A stretch of 64,000 nt of DNA from Phoronis australis (taxonomy: Eukaryota; Animalia; Phoronida). Positions 60,301-64,000 of the stretch are shown piece after piece; within the stretch, counting starts at the first letter, position 1; each line of letters starts with the position of its first letter. Position numbers and translations under genes: made by a program. Location of the stretch: positions 4,501,384-4,565,383 of the forward strand of contig NMRA01000001.1 in assembly GCA_002633005.1 (NCBI GenBank), given 5' to 3'. The notes beneath the pieces were generated by a model. That model was not told where the DNA came from, ran no database searches, and worked only from the letters and a program-made list of their open reading frames with translations.

Positions 60301-63300
60301 TGAAATTCACATGTGCTATTTTGATTTGTATGATAGTCATGTGTGTGATGTTTATGGGTATCTTATTCATGAGCCTAAAAATTATGTTCCTTTTCAGGGC
60401 ACCAACCTGTTACAACTGCAGGAGGCCATAGTGACACTGGCTGAACTAATGGAACTGAAGGCTGATCCTGACAGTGCAGTGGAAGGTGTCGTGATTGAGT
60501 CAAAGACAGACCCCGGTAGAGGGTATGTGTTGATTGTAACAGTGAAGTAGATGGTGAAGGTGATAAGTCTAAGACAGACCCTGGGTACAGATCATCCAGG
60601 GCATGAAGTTGTAAAAAGAATGTCTGAATCGCTCCCTTTTAAAAGGGCAAACTTGGACGGCGTCAGTGTATCTGCATGAGGTTCTTAACCACTTCCTGTT
60701 GATGGCGGACCAGTCTTCCTCATGGCCAGCTTGTGTGTTTGCGTATGTAAAATGTGTTTGTGTGAGTGAGTGCCCACATGCGTGCCCAAGCTCTATCAAC
60801 CTTACATTCTTCTCCAGGAAGCTGGCCACAGTATTGGTGCAGAATGGCACTCTGAGTCGTGGTGCCAACCTTATTGCTGGTGTGGCATGGGCCAAGGTGC
60901 GAGGAATGTTTGATGAGCATGGGAAGCCAGTACAGAGTGCAGGGCCTAGCACACCGGTGGAGGTGATAGGATGGAGGGAGCTGCCATCAGCAGGGGACGA
61001 GGTACTGCATGTGGAGTCAGAGGTGAGTCGGGGAAGGATGCGATGTTATGGGGGGTGAGGTACTGCAGATGGAGAAAGTTGAGTGGGGGATGTGATGTCA
61101 TGAGGTGCGAAGTACTGCAGATGAAGACAGAGGTTAGGAAGGAAGGATGTGATGTTATTGGGGGTGAGGTAGTGCACATGGAGATAGAGGTTAGAGGTGG
61201 GGGGAGGTGCGAGTGGAAGTGATTTACTGTAAGGATGTGGCTTAACTTGAGAAATTGAAAAAATTCAATACTGGGGACTTATGTACACATTCAAGTCTTT
61301 CACTTTGAATTGCCTTTGAATGCTGAAGCAATGTGTACTTTTTGCTATTTAGTCAAGATTGAAGGAAGCACTTGCATGGAGAATTCAACAACAAAAGCAA
61401 GAGAAAATGGATAAAGATGCCGTGATAATTCAACAGAAAGCTGAAATATATCAGGAAATGTATCAACAGAAACTACAGGAGAGGTTGTCAAGTGGACGGA
61501 AACGATATCGTAAGACAATGAAAGAGAAGGAAAGTCAAGACATGAAGGAGGGACCTGAGTTATGTGTGGTAATTAAAGGTCAGTATCACTGTATGGCGGA
61601 GGGTTGCGATATCAATGAGAGGCCTCATGTTCTGTTTGGTGGTTAAAGGTCAGTATCACTGTATGGTGGAGGGTTGTGATATCAATGAGAGGCCTCATGT
61701 TCTGGTTGGTGGTTAAAGGTCAGTATCACTGTATGGTGGAGGGTTGTGATATCAAAGAGAGGTTTGTGTTATGTTTGGTGGTTAAAGGTCAGTGAGTATC
61801 ATTGTATGTATGACCGAGGGTTTTGATATCAAGGAAAGGCCTGAGCTATGTGTATACCTTTCTATGTGGTTGAGAGTATCAAGTTGTGTGTCATTAAAGA
61901 TGAAATGCACCTTGGTCAGTCTTGAGATCAAGAAAAGACTTAAGAGTTGATAATGTAGAAATATTTGTCTTTGGATGAAAAAAATATATTTGTTTTAAAG
62001 AGCCTTTGAAAAATGATCAATGATTTTGTGCTACTTAAATGCATGATACCACAACCCTATATCATACAGTGATACTGACCTTTTAAAAAGGACTTTGTCA
62101 AATAATTTCTTAAGCGTTTGAAACAAGTTTTGCTCATTGTAACAGACGGCTGAATTTGTGATGTTTTCACAAGTATCTGAGTGTATTGTCTCAGGTGAAG
62201 TGTTCACCCTTGAATGGATTGTTACAGGTGATGTAGATGGGTCAGTAGAAGCTATTCTGGACACATTGGATACCTATCAGTCACCACAGTGTCGTCTCAA
62301 CATCCTTCACTATGGAGTGGGGCCAGTAACTGAGGGAGATATTGAGAGAGCTGCTGTGTTTAATGGTAAAAATGCTGAACTTTACTTAAATGTATTTCGA
62401 GCACAGCTTAGGTAAACTGACCTTAGGACGTCTGGTTTTACGTCATTTGTGACCCGCCGATGTAGTGCTCAATATAATGATTGAGATTAGCATTTTTATA
62501 GTATTGGCAGTGATATAGAGTACTTATTGGTACGAAAATTTGGTGGTAATTGCTATCCATGCACAGAATTATGTAAGTTTGCCAGATGTTTCGAGTATCA
62601 TCAATTTTAATAAAAACAGCTTATTATTCAAAATGACTTATTCTTATTAAAATGACATGGGCAAGAAATTGAATTTTGACCTCAAAAGTGGGGCCGCCTA
62701 TATTAATAACGAGGGCCCGCTCTCGCTCGAAGGGGTCCGGAGAGCGGGAATGCCTATATTAATATAGAGAGCCCCGCTCGGAGGGGTCCCAAGAGCGAGG
62801 TCATCAATATTCATATAGGTGGCCCCACTTTTGAGCCCCAAAATTCAAATTGTTGCCCATGTCATTTTAATAAGAATAAGTCGTTTTAAATAATAAGCTG
62901 CTTAAAATGTATCAGGAAGTTGGCAAAGACCACTTTTAAGCCGGTAACATAACAATAAGGCTCACTCCTCCAGAACTGCCAAGCAGCGTTGGATTAGCAT
63001 TGGCTCTGCTGGCCATTCTTTCATCGATATCCCAATTCAGTTTGTAAGGGTCTCCATGACAACTGTAACCAAGGATCACTCTTGTGGTTTCATAACACAA
63101 CGCAATATTAATCAAGATGTGGACACCTAGATCATAATTACTGGTATGTATGGGGTGAACTAAATTTTTGTGTAGGATATCTTACTGTCATTTGCTTGCT
63201 GACATTTTCAGGTCAAGTTTTGGTTTTCAATGTGAAGACTGAAGAGAAGTTGAAGAAATTGGCCGCTTCTAAAGGCGTGGCAGTCAAGACTCACAATGTC

Positions 63301-63376
63301 ATATATCGGTTGTTTGATGATCTCATCGACTCCATTACCGCACTGCTTCCTAGCCTCACTGTGGAGGAAGAAATAG
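54175..63376 (+). CDS. MTIF2: Mitochondrial translation initiation factor IF-2, 3'-partial: join(54175-54390,54875-54983,55776-55838,56823-56937,57147-57307,57814-57990,58410-58459,59895-59984,60398-60522,60818-61022,61353-61578,62228-62365,63212-63376,...)
   Basis: IF2 GTPase motifs [20 protein letters not shown] (G1), [10 protein letters not shown] (G2), [10 protein letters not shown] (G3), AINKIDK (G4), ISALKG (G5), and [11 protein letters not shown] (domain III). Arg-rich presequence with RRFST. All 13 exons are GT-AG and in phase (613 codons); the C-terminus lies beyond the window. Confidence 0.97.
54668..54864. repeat. 43-bp minisatellite, ~4.6 copies
   Basis: GATAATCTTACATACTGTATTGGATCATGGATCAGATCCTAAT at 54668, 54711, 54754, 54797, 54840. 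Confidence 0.95.
54875..54983 (+). CDS. MTIF2: MTIF2 exon [36 protein letters not shown]
   Basis: IF2 N-terminal motif MTVxELA; phase 0/1. Confidence 0.88.
55776..55838 (+). CDS. MTIF2: MTIF2 exon [21 protein letters not shown]
   Basis: TGTAG| acceptor, G|GTAAGT donor, phase 1/1; continues the D-x-VYE motif. Confidence 0.85.
56823..56937 (+). CDS. MTIF2: MTIF2 exon [19 protein letters not shown]...RDVFRR
   Basis: Phase 1/2; donor AG|GTGAGT. Confidence 0.88.
57147..57307 (+). CDS. MTIF2: MTIF2 exon with P-loop GHVDHGKTT and GGITQ
   Basis: G1/G2 motifs; phase 2/1. Confidence 0.98.
57560..57730. repeat. Degenerate ~22-27-bp minisatellite
   Basis: Recurring CATGCAGCAATAT..GGTGCAT units. Confidence 0.6.
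57814..57990 (+). CDS. MTIF2: MTIF2 exon with DTPGH
   Basis: G3 motif and MRARGA; phase 1/1. Confidence 0.98.
57991..58215. repeat. 64-bp minisatellite starting at an MTIF2 donor, ~3.3 copies
   Basis: TACAGGATGCAGG.GTACAG at 58002, 58066, 58130. Confidence 0.9.
58410..58459 (+). CDS. MTIF2: MTIF2 exon [17 protein letters not shown]
   Basis: G4 NKID motif; phase 1/0. Confidence 0.96.
59548..59692. repeat. ~28-bp minisatellite, ~5 copies
   Basis: GAGGTGTACACA..AGTGTGACCTTATA units. Confidence 0.85.
59895..59984 (+). CDS. MTIF2: MTIF2 exon [30 protein letters not shown]
   Basis: G5 SAL motif; phase 0/0. Confidence 0.96.
60030..60355. repeat. 15-bp minisatellite (GATGTTCATGCGTGT)n, ~20 copies
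   Basis: Near-perfect centre and degenerate edges; fills most of intron 59985-60397. Confidence 0.97.
60398..60522 (+). CDS. MTIF2: MTIF2 exon [24 protein letters not shown]...[11 protein letters not shown]
   Basis: Conserved ELKADP and G-x-VIES-xx-D-x-GRG; phase 0/2. Confidence 0.96.
60818..61022 (+). CDS. MTIF2: MTIF2 domain II exon [15 protein letters not shown]...[13 protein letters not shown]
   Basis: IF2 domain II motifs GTL, AKVR, PS-x-PV, PSAGD; phase 2/0. Confidence 0.97.
60999..61200 (+). repeat. ~55-bp repeat made of exon end plus donor, 4 units
   Basis: GAGGTACTGCATGTGGAGTCAGAG|GTGAG is echoed at 61057, 61109 and 61166. Confidence 0.85.
61353..61578 (+). CDS. MTIF2: MTIF2 charged helical linker exon
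   Basis: Lys/Glu/Gln-rich helix ending LCVVIK|G; occupies the position of the mitochondrial-specific insertion between domains II and III; phase 0/1. Confidence 0.92.
61540..61855 (+). repeat. 70-bp repeat spanning an exon-intron junction, ~4.5 units
   Basis: TTAAAG|GTCAGT with GT at 61579 (true donor), 61649, 61719 and 61788. Confidence 0.93.
62228..62365 (+). CDS. MTIF2: MTIF2 domain III exon [14 protein letters not shown]...[17 protein letters not shown]
   Basis: [11 protein letters not shown] motif; phase 1/1. Confidence 0.96.
62617..62900. mobile_element. Palindromic MITE, copy 1 (~85-bp TIRs, internal GC-rich hairpin units)
   Basis: CAGCTTATTATT.AAAATGACTTATTCTTATTAAAATGACATGGGCAA... 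mirrored at 62820-62900; internal CTATATTAATATAG palindrome. Confidence 0.9.
63212..63376 (+). CDS. MTIF2: MTIF2 exon GQVLVFNVK...[11 protein letters not shown]...VEEEI
   Basis: FNV and VIY-x-L-x-DD motifs; phase 1/1; donor G|GTAAGT. Confidence 0.95.
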
Positions 63377-63802
63377 GTAAGTTGTTGTGCTGCCTATTCT
63401 CCCCCAAACATCACTTGGGGTGCATTCTTTGTAAGCATAGCAAGGCACTCTCTAGTGAAGCCAGATCACATGTTTTGCTTGTAATGCACGGCGACATCTG
63501 GCAGACTTGTGTGGACTTGCTTTTTTGTCTGTGTGTTGCATCTGCGTAAGGCAGCCCAGAAAATTCAGTTTTCCCCATTCTTGCCCATTTACCCAAGCAC
63601 GTCATGTTGGCAGTGAATTCAAGCAGAAGAAAACATGACAAAATGAAATATTCTGGGAATAACAGGTGTTTCTACCATGCAATTTTTTCCTATTTTGATG
63701 TACCTTTCAAAATGACATTATTTGTCATTCTACTTGTATTTATAAAGTTTTAAAAATTGCTTCTTGCATTCGACCACTTTTAAGTAGATTTGGAAGTTAT
63801 AA

Positions 63803-64000
63803 CAGCTTATTATTTAAAATGACTTATTCTTATTAAAATGACATAAGCAAAAAATTGAATTTCGGACCTCAAAAGCGAGGTCCCCTATACTAATATAGGG
63901 GGCCTCGCTGAACGGAAGCCGGAGAGCGGGGCCCCCTATATTAATATAGGGGGCCCCGCCGAAAGGAGGCCGGAGAGCGGGGCCCCCTATATTAATATAG
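63803..64000. mobile_element. Palindromic MITE, copy 2 (truncated by window end)
   Basis: Same terminus CAGCTTATTATTTAAAATGACTTATTCTTATTAAAATGACAT; internal ~52-bp units GGGGCCCCCCTATATTAATATAGGGGGCCCC. Confidence 0.9.

Noticed and set aside
59891-60550. Repeat proteins (HACDV)n, (VMFMR)n, (ITRMN)n
   Set aside because: By-products of a 15-bp intronic minisatellite; not in frame with the upstream exon.
57147-61022. Bacterial infB / horizontal transfer or contamination
   Set aside because: The gene is split by canonical spliceosomal introns and has a mitochondrial presequence, so it is nuclear MTIF2.

Overview
Eukaryotic (animal, probably invertebrate) genomic DNA: AT-rich, intron-rich, two N gaps, no prokaryotic operons or CRISPR. 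I assembled two + strand spliced genes by hand with consistent exon phases. (1) An inositol-1,4,5-trisphosphate 3-kinase (ITPKA/B/C, IP3K2-like; ~3055-46216, 9 coding exons, ~746 aa) with a 29-kb intron holding candidate alternative first exons, a U12-type minor intron and two Lifeact/F-tractin-like helices in its disordered N-terminus. (2) Mitochondrial translation initiation factor 2 (MTIF2; from 54175, 13 coding exons, runs off the window end). Introns carry many non-autonomous TIR elements (TA, TTAA, 5-bp and 6-bp target duplications), a tRNA-derived SINE and minisatellites. The most unusual pattern is that at about 8 places in both genes the exon edge, usually with its splice site, has been tandemly copied into the neighbouring intron or UTR. 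This creates decoy donors/acceptors and exon-derived minisatellites. All coordinates are hand-read and no database searches were possible.
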